A stretch of 64,000 bases of DNA. Origin: a virus (Duplodnaviria > Caudoviricetes). Of this stretch, positions 11,101 through 21,055 are shown piece by piece; the stretch's first letter is position 1; each line of letters starts with the position of its first letter. Made by a program: the position numbers and the translations under genes. The notes under the pieces were generated by a model that was not told the origin of the DNA, ran no database searches, and saw only the letters and a program-made list of their open reading frames with translations. Location of the stretch: the IMG/VR virus record IMGVR_UViG_3300028833_000072; one strand, 5' to 3'.

Positions 11101-11836
11101 CAGTATTTCCTCCTTTAATTATATTACTAATTTGTTCTCGATTATTAATCTTATTACTTATAATGCCTTGCATAATTTTATTATATGTATCTTTCTTATA
11201 TTGAGTAGACTGAATATTTAAATAGTCTAATTCACTTTTAATAATTAAATCTAATTTATGATTTAATATTTGTAATAAATCAACCGAAGCTTGCATTAAA
11301 TCATTAATAAATTCAATATTAACATCGCCATAAATTATATTACATAACTGCTTAATTTTTCCAATTGCTTTATTATTAGCTGTAATAATTAATGAATTAT
11401 TTTTAACTGTATCATATACTTGTCTAATAACTTCATTAGTTTTATCGTTTACTTCTTTTACTAAATATTCTTTACCATCTTTTGCAGTCATTACTTTCCA
11501 AATAGTACCATCATCAAAATCATAATGCTGCCAGCCTAATGGATTATTTGCTTGTTTATTAAATTGATATTGATTATATGCGATTTTTTTAAAAAATCCA
11601 CTAGATTTAGCTTCATTTAATAATACTTTTTGTTTTGGCTTAGCATAAATATAATAATTATTTTTTACTTGTTCAATTTGTGCATCATATTTATTTTGTA
11701 ATTCATTAGCAATTACATGTGCGTGATCAATATCATCCGTAATTTTAACTAGTTTTTTAGACTCATTAATAACGCTAGCAATTTTTTCAAATTCTTCATC
11801 ATTAATATATGAATAATCATTAATACGTCTTATCAT
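11093..11836 (-). CDS. Hypothetical protein
   Basis: 247-aa ORF with strong AAGGAGG RBS. Confidence 0.65.
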   Translation of the reverse strand: MIRRINDYSYINDEEFEKIASVINESKKLVKITDDIDHAHVIANELQNKYDAQIEQVKNNYYIYAKPKQKVLLNEAKSSGFFKKIAYNQYQFNKQANNPLGWQHYDFDDGTIWKVMTAKDGKEYLVKEVNDKTNEVIRQVYDTVKNNSLIITANNKAIGKIKQLCNIIYGDVNIEFINDLMQASVDLLQILNHKLDLIIKSELDYLNIQSTQYKKDTYNKIMQGIISNKINNREQISNIIKGGNTVE

Positions 11837-11975
11837 TAAATATCCTCCTTATATATTTTATTATTTATATATATATTATTCGTTCTTTATAAAAAAATAA
11901 AAAAACCTTATTAGTAATAAGGCTTTTACTTTTTTATAATATAAAAATTATAATTATTACTATATAAAATAATTT

Positions 11976-14900
11976 TTATTTTTTATCTTTAAGTAATTTA
12001 TACAATCTAGCTAATGTACGTTTTTTAATAACAGATACACGTGATTGACTAATATTAAGAATTTTACCGATTTCTTGCTGTTTCTGATAATTTATTAAAA
12101 ATCTCTGCTCAATAAACTTCATTACGAATTTCTAATCTCTTTCTTCCTTAGAATTAATATATCATCAATTATATAAAATCTTATATAATTTTTTCATCAC
12201 TATTAATTAATCTTAATATATGTAACTACTTTAATGATATATTTAAAAACTAATATTCATAAATTAATTCAATATATATTTATCTTTTATATATATTATA
12301 ATCAATTCATAAAATCAATTTCAAGATTAAATCTCCAGTTAGTTAAACTAACTTTATTCGTATAGGCGTCACCAGGCCGCCTCTAATGTCTAAAATTTTC
12401 TTAACATCTTCTTTTAACCTAGATAATATCTTTTTATCTATTATTTGTTCTCCACAAATCAGATGTTCTTCATTTACAACATTACTTATAATATTACTTA
12501 TTTCTTTATTTAATAAAGCTTTTCTCATTATATTTAATGATCCATTTACATCTGCATTAATTTTTATATTATTATTCGTTTTATATAAACCTTTTCTTCT
12601 TATACCTGAAAATATTATTTTTTTTAATTCAACTTTATTTTTTATTGTTCTTAATGCATTCTTATCATAAGTAAATATATAATCATTATTTATAAAATTA
12701 GCTTTACTTGTATAACTTTCTTCTTGCATTATCAATTTTATATTTTTCTCTTCACATCTATATATTAATTGTTCTTTTAACTTATAAAATGGTATATTAG
12801 TTATTTTTTGATTACTTTTCTTTCCTAAATCTATATTTTGTTTCATACCTTGATTATATCCTAATATAATTATATGTATATCATTTTGTAAACAATATTT
12901 TACTATATAATTACATGTTTTATTAATATAATCATATATTCTATTATTTCGTTTATATGTAATATTATACATTTGCTTACTATAATGTATTTGATTATTT
13001 TTATTTTTATCTTCATTTAATTTCTTTTTTAAAAATTTAATTCTTTTATTATACCATTGATTATAAGATTTCAATTTTTTACCATCTATAATAAATGCTC
13101 TAAATTTATTTTTTAATTTTTCATATGGTTTATAAATAGTACAAGTAGTTAAATTATTAATTCCTAAATCTATAGATAGAATATTGAAATTATTATTTTC
13201 TTTAACCTGAGCTAAAGGATCAATTTGATCTTTTTCTTTTTCAAAATAATAATGGATTTCTATATACTTAGCCTTATATTTAGGAGTTATTCTTATTTGC
13301 CTTATTTTTTTATTTTCTAATATATGAAATATTTGTATTTTTATTCTATCATTTATTTTCATTAAATCATGTTCTTTTAAAAATTGATAACTCATTGGTA
13401 TAGTATAATATAGTTTATTATTAATTTTATTTATCCTTTTATCATCTTCAGAATCTATTAATTGAAAATATCCATCTTTATCAAGATATCGTGGCATATT
13501 GCATTTTATTTTTTTCTTTTTTAATGCTACAAAACTTTTAAAAGTTTCATATACTATTTTTAATATTTGTTGTGCACAAGCTGCTTGTATATACTTATAA
13601 TTATTTGAATTTTTTAGCATATTATATAAATCATAATAACTAATATATTTTCTATCTTTTTTTTCTTTATTTTGATTATCAAAGAAATTCTGTCTTAAAA
13701 TATAAAGTGCTTCATTAAATAAATTTTTTGAATAATGCAACATTTCTTTTAAAATATTGAAATATTGTTTATATTTTTTATAAGTAAGTTTTTGTTTAAA
13801 AATACTATAAGTAATATCCATTTTTTTATTATTAGACATTAATATTTTCACCTCCTTTATATTTATTAATAATATATTAAGAAGATGAAAATATAATAGT
13901 TTATTGAAAGAATTTAATTTTTAATAATATTTAAATCTCTCTATAAATGAGAGCAAAGGCTAAATCATTAATATACATATTATATTATTAATGATTTCAA
14001 TGAAAGATTTACTAAAAATTAGTCGTTAAATTAATATATATAAATTTATACATATTAAATATTGATACTATTCTAAAAGAATTATATACCAATAATTAAA
14101 TTAATTATGATACTTACTTTTATATCCTTGTAAAGTTAATTCTAAAATTTGTCTCTGCTTTACACTAATACGAGAACAAATATAATCACTATAAATCTTA
14201 GAATCAGTATAATCAATTTCATGAGAAACAATTTCTTCGTTATCTGATGTTTCAGCATTACCAAAATCCTGAATTTCAACCTAATATTTTTTAAAATATT
14301 TATTTATATCTTAAAAATTTATACCAATTAAACTCCCTATTTCTGAAAAAAATATTATCGTATTAAATAAAAATTTTCATTATAAATAACTTTACTATAT
14401 TTACATTTGCTTACTTGTTATTTAATAGTTAAATAGAATTTTTCTTTTTTTTATAATTAGTATTTTTCTTTTTAAGATTTTTATTAATAATTATTCACTT
14501 CTACAATTTTATACTTTATATATTATTTATATATAATAATTAAAATCATAATAAGCAAAATAATATTAATTATTTATAAATATTTTAAATAATTATATTT
14601 TAACTTTAATTAAAATATAGATTATATCATTAATATATATAAGATATATATAATTAATAATTCTATAAAAATATACAAAAATTAATCGTTAAATTTAAAT
14701 AAATATAAAAATTTAAATAAATTATTGATTTACTATATAATATAGTTGTACCAATAAATAATTAAATAATTCATCCCGCAATTAGGATGTTCTCGTTTAC
14801 GTTTAGTATAAAATCGCTGAATAAAGGCCCGAAGCTTAATAATCATGTTCTTAAATAAATATCTATCAAATGGAATAAATCCATTATTCCAATATGGATC

Positions 14901-15170
14901 ATATTGTTCAGAAAAATAAATAAAATAAAGATATGATTGTTGAAAAAGATCTTCCTTATTAAAACCTTTCCAATTAGCTAACTTATTAACTATACGAATC
15001 ATTTTTTCTTCATAACGTTCCCAAATTAATTCAGGATTATTAATAACATCATAATATTCTTCTTCAAAAGGTATAATTTTAACTTGTATTAAATGAGAAT
15101 CTTTGCTACGAGTAGCCATTTTTGCGGTTACTGGAGGCTTAAACCCATCATCATATTTAGTTCGAGCCAT
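11976..15170 (-). CDS. Sigma-70-family (sporulation-type) RNA polymerase sigma factor; 3 exons 15170-14784, 14280-14122, 12083-11976 (217 aa)
   Basis: Region-2-like EDLFQQSY...YDP...F..Y in exon 1; in-frame joins REHP|VEIQD and LQGY|KQQEIGKILNISQSRVSVIKKRTL (region 4.2 HTH). Confidence 0.85.
12084..14121 (-). mobile_element. Group I intron 2 of sigma gene carrying tnpB (IStron-like, 2038 nt)
   Basis: P1 GAUAU/GUAUC with U•G; P4 UAUUGG/UCAAUA; R UUAACGACUA; ends ...UUAUCAG; tnpB enclosed by inverted repeats; in-frame exon join GY|KQQE. Confidence 0.8.
12343..13851 (-). CDS. tnpB: TnpB (IS200/IS605-family RNA-guided endonuclease)
   Basis: SKNLFNEALY; RuvC-I SIDLG; QEESYTSK; RuvC-III INADVNGSLNI; AAGGAGG RBS; no Zn-finger cysteines. 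Confidence 0.9.
   Translation of the reverse strand: MKILMSNNKKMDITYSIFKQKLTYKKYKQYFNILKEMLHYSKNLFNEALYILRQNFFDNQNKEKKDRKYISYYDLYNMLKNSNNYKYIQAACAQQILKIVYETFKSFVALKKKKIKCNMPRYLDKDGYFQLIDSEDDKRINKINNKLYYTIPMSYQFLKEHDLMKINDRIKIQIFHILENKKIRQIRITPKYKAKYIEIHYYFEKEKDQIDPLAQVKENNNFNILSIDLGINNLTTCTIYKPYEKLKNKFRAFIIDGKKLKSYNQWYNKRIKFLKKKLNEDKNKNNQIHYSKQMYNITYKRNNRIYDYINKTCNYIVKYCLQNDIHIIILGYNQGMKQNIDLGKKSNQKITNIPFYKLKEQLIYRCEEKNIKLIMQEESYTSKANFINNDYIFTYDKNALRTIKNKVELKKIIFSGIRRKGLYKTNNNIKINADVNGSLNIMRKALLNKEISNIISNVVNEEHLICGEQIIDKKILSRLKEDVKKILDIRGGLVTPIRIKLV
14281..14783 (-). other. Group I intron 1 of sigma gene (503 nt, no intact ORF)
   Basis: P1 CAUCCU/GGGAUG with U•G at the splice site; P UUAUUGG / Q UCAAUAA; R UUAACGAUUA; S AUGAUAUAAUCU; ends AUUAG; in-frame join. 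Confidence 0.85.
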
Positions 15171-15233
15171 AATTATTTTCTCCTTTATAATAAAGAATAT
15201 TTTTTAAATACATTATACTATATAAGCATCTTT

Positions 15234-16478
15234 TTATTTAGGTTCCACAATTGACCAGCAAATATTCTTTTTATTAAAATATTTATTTGTAAATTTCTGT
15301 ATATCTTTATTTGTAATATTTAATACTATATCTAATATACTATCAATAGTATAATCAGTATTATAAATAAAATTATCTTCATGAATAGACAATTTGGCTG
15401 AAGTTGTTTCTAAAGCCAATAAAGATTTTCCTCTATATAAAGCTTTTAACGTATTTAATTCTTTATCATCAATTAATTCATGCTTTAATTTATTTAATTC
15501 TTGTACTATAATATTATGTACTTTATCAATATTTTCTTTTTTTAATCCACAATATCCCATTATATAAGATGTATCTCGTAAAGGATTAGTACTGACATTT
15601 ACAGTATATGCTAATCCTAATTTTTCGCGAATAATATTATAAAGTTTAGATATAAATCCCCCACCAAGATAATCTGCAATTAAATCTTGTATATAATAAT
15701 CTTTTTCATAAGGCGGTACTCCTTTAATAGCAAATCCTAAATGAGCTTGAGCTAAATCATTTTTTTGTAATCTAATTAATTGATTATTCATTATTTCATT
15801 ATTAAATATATTATTTCTATCTTGTATAATTTGTTTATCTTTATATAGCATAAAAATATTAATATCAGCTAATACTTCTTTAATAGGAACATTTCCAGCA
15901 ATTAATAATGCAACATTATTAGGCTGATAAAAAATTTTTAAAAATCTTTTTAAATCATCTACAGTTAATTTAGAAACACTATCTATTGTACCAGCTACAC
16001 GTTGTCTATTAGTAAATTTACGATTAATTAATATATCAAGATTTTCCATACATTTACTACGCGGTTTATCTTCATACATTTTTAATTCTTCTAATATAAC
16101 AGTTTTTTCCTGTTCAAATTCTTCTTCAGGCAAAACTGAATTCCAAAAAATATCATTTAATATTTCTAAATTATCTTTCCATTTATCTGCCGGAGAAGAA
16201 ATATAATATAATGTATGATCAAATGAAGTAGCCGCATTACAATATCCTCCTATAGCGGCTATATCATTATTAATATCATCAACAGTTCTGCTATTAGTAC
16301 CTTTGAACATCATATGTTCTAAAAAATGCGCCACGCCAAAATTATTATCAGCATCATAATCACCGTATTCGTCTAATGCTCCGCATGCTACAATATATTC
16401 AAAAGTACAACTTTTTGCATTAGTATCTTGTTCAATAACTATTTGTAATCCATTATCTAATTGAGTTTTATAAATCAT
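15234..16478 (-). CDS. M16 (pitrilysin/insulinase) family zinc peptidase
   Basis: GVAHFLEHMMFKGT inverted HxxEH motif, NAATS, IREKLGLAY. Confidence 0.92.
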   Translation of the reverse strand: MIYKTQLDNGLQIVIEQDTNAKSCTFEYIVACGALDEYGDYDADNNFGVAHFLEHMMFKGTNSRTVDDINNDIAAIGGYCNAATSFDHTLYYISSPADKWKDNLEILNDIFWNSVLPEEEFEQEKTVILEELKMYEDKPRSKCMENLDILINRKFTNRQRVAGTIDSVSKLTVDDLKRFLKIFYQPNNVALLIAGNVPIKEVLADINIFMLYKDKQIIQDRNNIFNNEIMNNQLIRLQKNDLAQAHLGFAIKGVPPYEKDYYIQDLIADYLGGGFISKLYNIIREKLGLAYTVNVSTNPLRDTSYIMGYCGLKKENIDKVHNIIVQELNKLKHELIDDKELNTLKALYRGKSLLALETTSAKLSIHEDNFIYNTDYTIDSILDIVLNITNKDIQKFTNKYFNKKNICWSIVEPK

Positions 16479-16589
16479 TCAATATATTCACCTATTATTA
16501 AAATACTTATTTTTATATTAAAAATCATTTTTATAGTTATATTTTAACTTAACAATTTTATTGTTATAATTTACATTATTCCATATGTA

Positions 16590-17900
16590 AAAAAATTTTT
16601 TTTATGATATAAATTTTTACAAGATATAAATAAAATTTATAATAATATAAATAAAGTTTCGCGAAACATATTTATATCTTAATAAATATAAATAGTTACT
16701 TTTTAACTTTATATCTTATTTATTTATACTTCATATATTAATACCTTATATATTAACAAATGATTTATATTAAATTTTAAAGATTTTATTTTAACTATTA
16801 CTATAATTTATATATTAAAGTAAAATAAATTAAAAAGGAAAAAATATAAAAACAAAGAAAAGTATATTTATAACTATATTAATTTTTCTTTGTGATATTA
16901 AAAAACTATAATTAATAAGTAAAGTTTATAATAGTATAAATAAAACTTTTACGAAACATATTTATATCTTAATACTATAATAGTTAATTTTTAACTTTAT
17001 ACCTTTTATTTATATTCTAGAAAAACAATATTTATATTAGATAAAAGGAATTAATTTTAACTATTATTATAATTTATATATTAAATTGAAATAAATCAAA
17101 AAAAGAATATAGAAATAAAAGAAAATATATTTTATATTTTAAATTACTAGTATATTAATTTCTCTCTGTAATATTAAAAACTATAATTAATAAGTAAAAC
17201 TTATAGTAATATAAATAATATTTCGCGAAACATATTTATATCTTAATACAATAAATAATTACTTTTTAACTTTATGTCCTTTATTTATATTCTAGAAAAA
17301 CAATATTTATATTAAATAAAAGGAATTAATTTTAATTATTACTATAAATTTTTTATATATTAAATTAAAATAAATTAAAAAGGAAAGTATATAGAAACAA
17401 AGGAAAGTATATTTATAACTTATTAATTATTATATAAATGTTTTTATATTGACATTTTATATGCTTTAAAAAATAATATTTATATTAAGTATTAAAAAAT
17501 TTAGTTTTAATTACTACTAAATTTATATACTAAGTTAAAATAAATTAAAAAGGAAAGTATATTAATAATTTTATTAATTATTATATTAATTATTCTTCAT
17601 GATATTAAAAAACTATAATTAATAAGTAAAGTTTATAATAGTATAAATAAAGTTTCACGAAACGTATTTATATCTTAATACTATAAATAGTTTTTTTTAA
17701 TTTTATACCTTATTTATACTCTAGAAAAATAATGTTTACATTAGATAAAAGGAATTAATTTTAATTATTATTATATTTTATATATTAAATTAAAATAAAT
17801 TAAAAAGGAAAGAATATAGAAGTAAAGGAAATTATATTTCGAATAACTTAGCTTTAGCCGGAGATGTAAATCGGAGGCAAAGCAAGTTTATTCGAAAATA
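16590..17900. repeat. Non-coding array of ~4 degenerate 270-430-bp repeat units
   Basis: Core GAAAC(A/G)TATTTATATCTTAATA at ~16663, 16953, 17227 and 17659, with shared TAAATTAAAAAGGAAAG and AAACTATAATTAATAAGTAAA blocks. Confidence 0.8.
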
Positions 17901-17901
17901 A

Positions 17902-17952
17902 AATTAATAGATAGCAAACAAAATAATAAATGTTTGCTATCTATTAATTTTT
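17902..17952. terminator. Long perfect hairpin, likely terminator for the subtilase gene
   Basis: AATTAATAGATAGCAAACA-loop-TGTTTGCTATCTATTAATT. Confidence 0.6.
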
Positions 17953-17970
17953 ATTAAAATAATTTATATA

Positions 17971-18825
17971 TTAAAAATGAAATAATCCTCTAGCGTAAAC
18001 GTAATCTGTTCCAGGTATACCTAAATCTTCGCATTGTTCATATAATATTTTTCTAATTTCAGCTGTATTTAATTTTCTACCTTCTTCTTTTAATATTTTA
18101 CTTTGAATTAAAGCAATAGCACCGGAAATTAAAGGACAACTAAAGCTTGTACCAGAATTAACTGCATATTTATTATTTAAAAATGTAGATGTAATTTCTA
18201 CACCTGGAGCCACTAATTCAGCATGTTTACCAGTACTATTAAATTTAGCAATACGCTTAATTGAATCAATAGCTCCTATTGAAATAACTTCATTATACTG
18301 TGCCGGAAATTCTACATCAGTAGCATATTTATTATTACCTGCAGCGGCACAAATAATAATACCAGCATTATATGCATGACAAATAATATCATGCAATGCA
18401 GAAAAATTGCGTGTTAATCCTAAACTACAATTAATGATATCTATTTTATTATTAATACACCATTCAATACCAGCTATTAATTGTCCTACTGATCCTTGTG
18501 AATGGTTATCTAACACTTTTACTGCATATATAGAACATTCTGGTGCTATGCCAATAATACCTATTTTATTTGCTGCACCAGCAATTAATCCTGCACAAAA
18601 TGTGCCGTGTCCTACATGATCCATATAATCATTTTTATTTGTAGTAGTAAAATTAACTCCACTAACAAAATTATCTTTTAAATCTATATGATGATAATCA
18701 ATTCCAGTATCTAAAATAGCAACTTTAATATCCTTGCCTTTAGTAACATTCCAATATTTCATAGGATTAATTAAATTTACGCCATAATCAATTATTTCAT
18801 TCTTTATTTGTACTGGCTTAAACAT
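17971..18825 (-). CDS. S8 subtilisin-family serine protease (no signal peptide evident)
   Basis: Catalytic triad motifs ILDTG, GHGTFCAG, SGTSFSCP; AAAGN oxyanion motif. Confidence 0.93.
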   Translation of the reverse strand: MFKPVQIKNEIIDYGVNLINPMKYWNVTKGKDIKVAILDTGIDYHHIDLKDNFVSGVNFTTTNKNDYMDHVGHGTFCAGLIAGAANKIGIIGIAPECSIYAVKVLDNHSQGSVGQLIAGIEWCINNKIDIINCSLGLTRNFSALHDIICHAYNAGIIICAAAGNNKYATDVEFPAQYNEVISIGAIDSIKRIAKFNSTGKHAELVAPGVEITSTFLNNKYAVNSGTSFSCPLISGAIALIQSKILKEEGRKLNTAEIRKILYEQCEDLGIPGTDYVYARGLFHF

Positions 18826-18929
18826 ACTAATTTTTCACCTGCCTTAAAATATATTTACATTATAAAAATAATTGTATTATTATTTTAATACTATTAAAAT
18901 AAATTATAATAATATAAATTAAAAAGTGT

Positions 18930-19780
18930 ATTAAAAATTTTTCGTGATTTAAAAAATAATTATATTAATAAACTATACTTATAGTATAATAGATAAAACT
19001 TTCACGAAACATATTTATATCTTAATACTATAAATAGTTACTTTTTAAATTTATACCTTATTTTTTTATGTTCTAGAAAATAATATTTACATTAAATAAA
19101 AAAAATTAATTTTAATTTTATATTAAGTTAAAATAAAGTAAAAAAAGAATATAAAAACAAAGAAAAGTATATTTATAACTATATTAATTTTTCTTTGTGA
19201 TATTAAAAAACTATAATTAATAAATAAAGTTTATGTTAGTATAAATAAAACTTTTACGAAACATATTTATATCTTAATACATATAATTAATTAATTTTTA
19301 ACTTTATACCTTATTTCTTTATACTTCATATATTAATACCTTATATATTAACAAATGATTTATATTAAATTTTAAAAATTTTATTTTAACTATTACTATA
19401 ATTTATATATTAAATTAAAATAAATTAAAAAGGAAAGAATATAAAAACAAAAAAAAGTATATTTATAATTTTATTAATTACTATATTAATTACTTTTCGC
19501 GATATTAAAAAAACTATAATTAATAAATAAAGTTTATGTTAGTATAAATAATATTTTCGCGAAACATATTTATATCTTAATACAATAAATAATTACTTTT
19601 TAACTTTATACCTTTTATTTATATTCTAAAAAATAATATTTATATTAGATAAAAGGAATTTATTTTAATTTTATATATTAAATTAAAATAAATTAAAAAG
19701 GAAAGTATATAGAAGCAAAGGAAAGTATATTTTGAATAATTTAGCTATAGCCAGAGATAAGACTAAACTTATTCGAAAAA
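18930..19780. repeat. Second array of ~3 copies of the same non-coding repeat
   Basis: Core at ~19006, 19258 and 19561; ends with GAATAA-TTAGCT-TAGCC...TTATTCGAAAA like the first array. Confidence 0.8.
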
Positions 19781-19890
19781 AAATAATAGATATATTTTGC
19801 CAAAAAATATTATCTATTATTTTTTTTATAATATTAAATAAATAATATTATTTATTTTTTTACTATATTAAAAAGGAGATTAAAGTAAAA

Positions 19891-20598
19891 ATGAATAACT
19901 ATTATAATAATATGAATTTATGGTTAAATGATATTACTTATAAATCTATAGATTCAATTAATACTAATGATATATTAATTAATAATAATCAAATATTAAA
20001 AATTCAAAATAAATTAATTCCTGTATTAACAGTATTTACTGATTTAAATTATTTTACTATTGGTTATGATAATACATTATTAGTATATGATAATGAGCAG
20101 TCAAAAACTATATTAGCAAAAGATTATATTAATAGTAATTATAGATATAAAATTAAACTATCTGCAATTGAAACTGATTATGAATATTCTAAAGTAAATG
20201 CTTATTATGCTGGATATGATTTAATATTTACTTACTTATTATATACTTCTATTGCTACTAGAAAATCTATATTAGCCGGTATTATTGATAATCTATCAAT
20301 TACCTTTATTCCTAAAGGTATATCTATTAATATTGATGATGAAAAAATAAAAAATAATATTGCTAATTTAACTCGTAGTTTAGGATATATTACTTTTATT
20401 AGACCTAATTGTATTAATTTATTAGGTAATTTTAATGATATACCAGTAAAAGAAAAAAAAGAAATTCAACATATAGATTATAATAATCTTTATGTAGGCT
20501 TTTCTATTATAGATAATAATCAATCAATGATATGCTATAATATTCAATGCAATAATAATATTGGTATTAATAATAATGGATTAGAAATTTTATTATAA
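19891..20598 (+). CDS. Degenerate intein-like protein (Hint + LAGLIDADG-like remnant), free-standing
   Basis: YKSIDSINTND (block A-like), RKSILAGIIDN (LAGLIDADG-like), LTRSLG, CYNIQC..N.GI.NNG (block F-like); own AAGGAG RBS. Confidence 0.5.
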   Translation: MNNYYNNMNLWLNDITYKSIDSINTNDILINNNQILKIQNKLIPVLTVFTDLNYFTIGYDNTLLVYDNEQSKTILAKDYINSNYRYKIKLSAIETDYEYSKVNAYYAGYDLIFTYLLYTSIATRKSILAGIIDNLSITFIPKGISINIDDEKIKNNIANLTRSLGYITFIRPNCINLLGNFNDIPVKEKKEIQHIDYNNLYVGFSIIDNNQSMICYNIQCNNNIGINNNGLEILL

Positions 20599-20629
20599 AT
20601 CTTTTTATTTTAGAAAGGTATTTTATAAC

Positions 20630-21040
20630 ATGCTTGGAATTAATACATGTATATTAATGTCTAATTTACATTATAAAAAAATACAAGATATTATTATAGG
20701 CGATTTAATAAGAACTATAAATAATTCATATGTAAAAATAATTCATATATATTCCGGAATTAATCGTTTATATAATATTATTACTGATAAATTTGGTACA
20801 TATCAAATTACTAGCGATCATAAATTAGCACTATTACATAATAATAATTATACATTTGCAACAATTAATGATTTAAAAAATAATTATAATTATCAAGGAT
20901 ATATATTATCAAGTGATTATCCTATCATATATAATTTTTCAATTGAATTATCTAATATTAATATATATTATGGATTCAATGTAAATTCTGTTGATAACAG
21001 AATTATTATTAATAATAATATTATTACATACAGTAAATAA
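20630..21040 (+). CDS. Free-standing Hint-domain (mini-intein-like) protein
   Basis: LGINTCILMSNLHYKKIQDIIIGD (block A), ITSDH (block B TxxH), YYGFNV..DN.II.NN.IT (block F/G); lacks N-terminal Cys and C-terminal His-Asn. Confidence 0.65.
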   Translation: MLGINTCILMSNLHYKKIQDIIIGDLIRTINNSYVKIIHIYSGINRLYNIITDKFGTYQITSDHKLALLHNNNYTFATINDLKNNYNYQGYILSSDYPIIYNFSIELSNINIYYGFNVNSVDNRIIINNNIITYSK

Positions 21041-21055
21041 GTCTGGTGATTTTAT

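Noticed and set aside
14733-14783. C-terminus NCGMNYL... of ORF 14733-15170, and similarly DIFPGIK of ORF 21548-21901
   Set aside because: These are read-through into intron sequence, not real protein ends.
16590-19780. Repeat arrays as a CRISPR array
   Set aside because: Units are 250-430 bp, the intervening sequence is itself repeated, there are no unique spacers and no cas genes are present.
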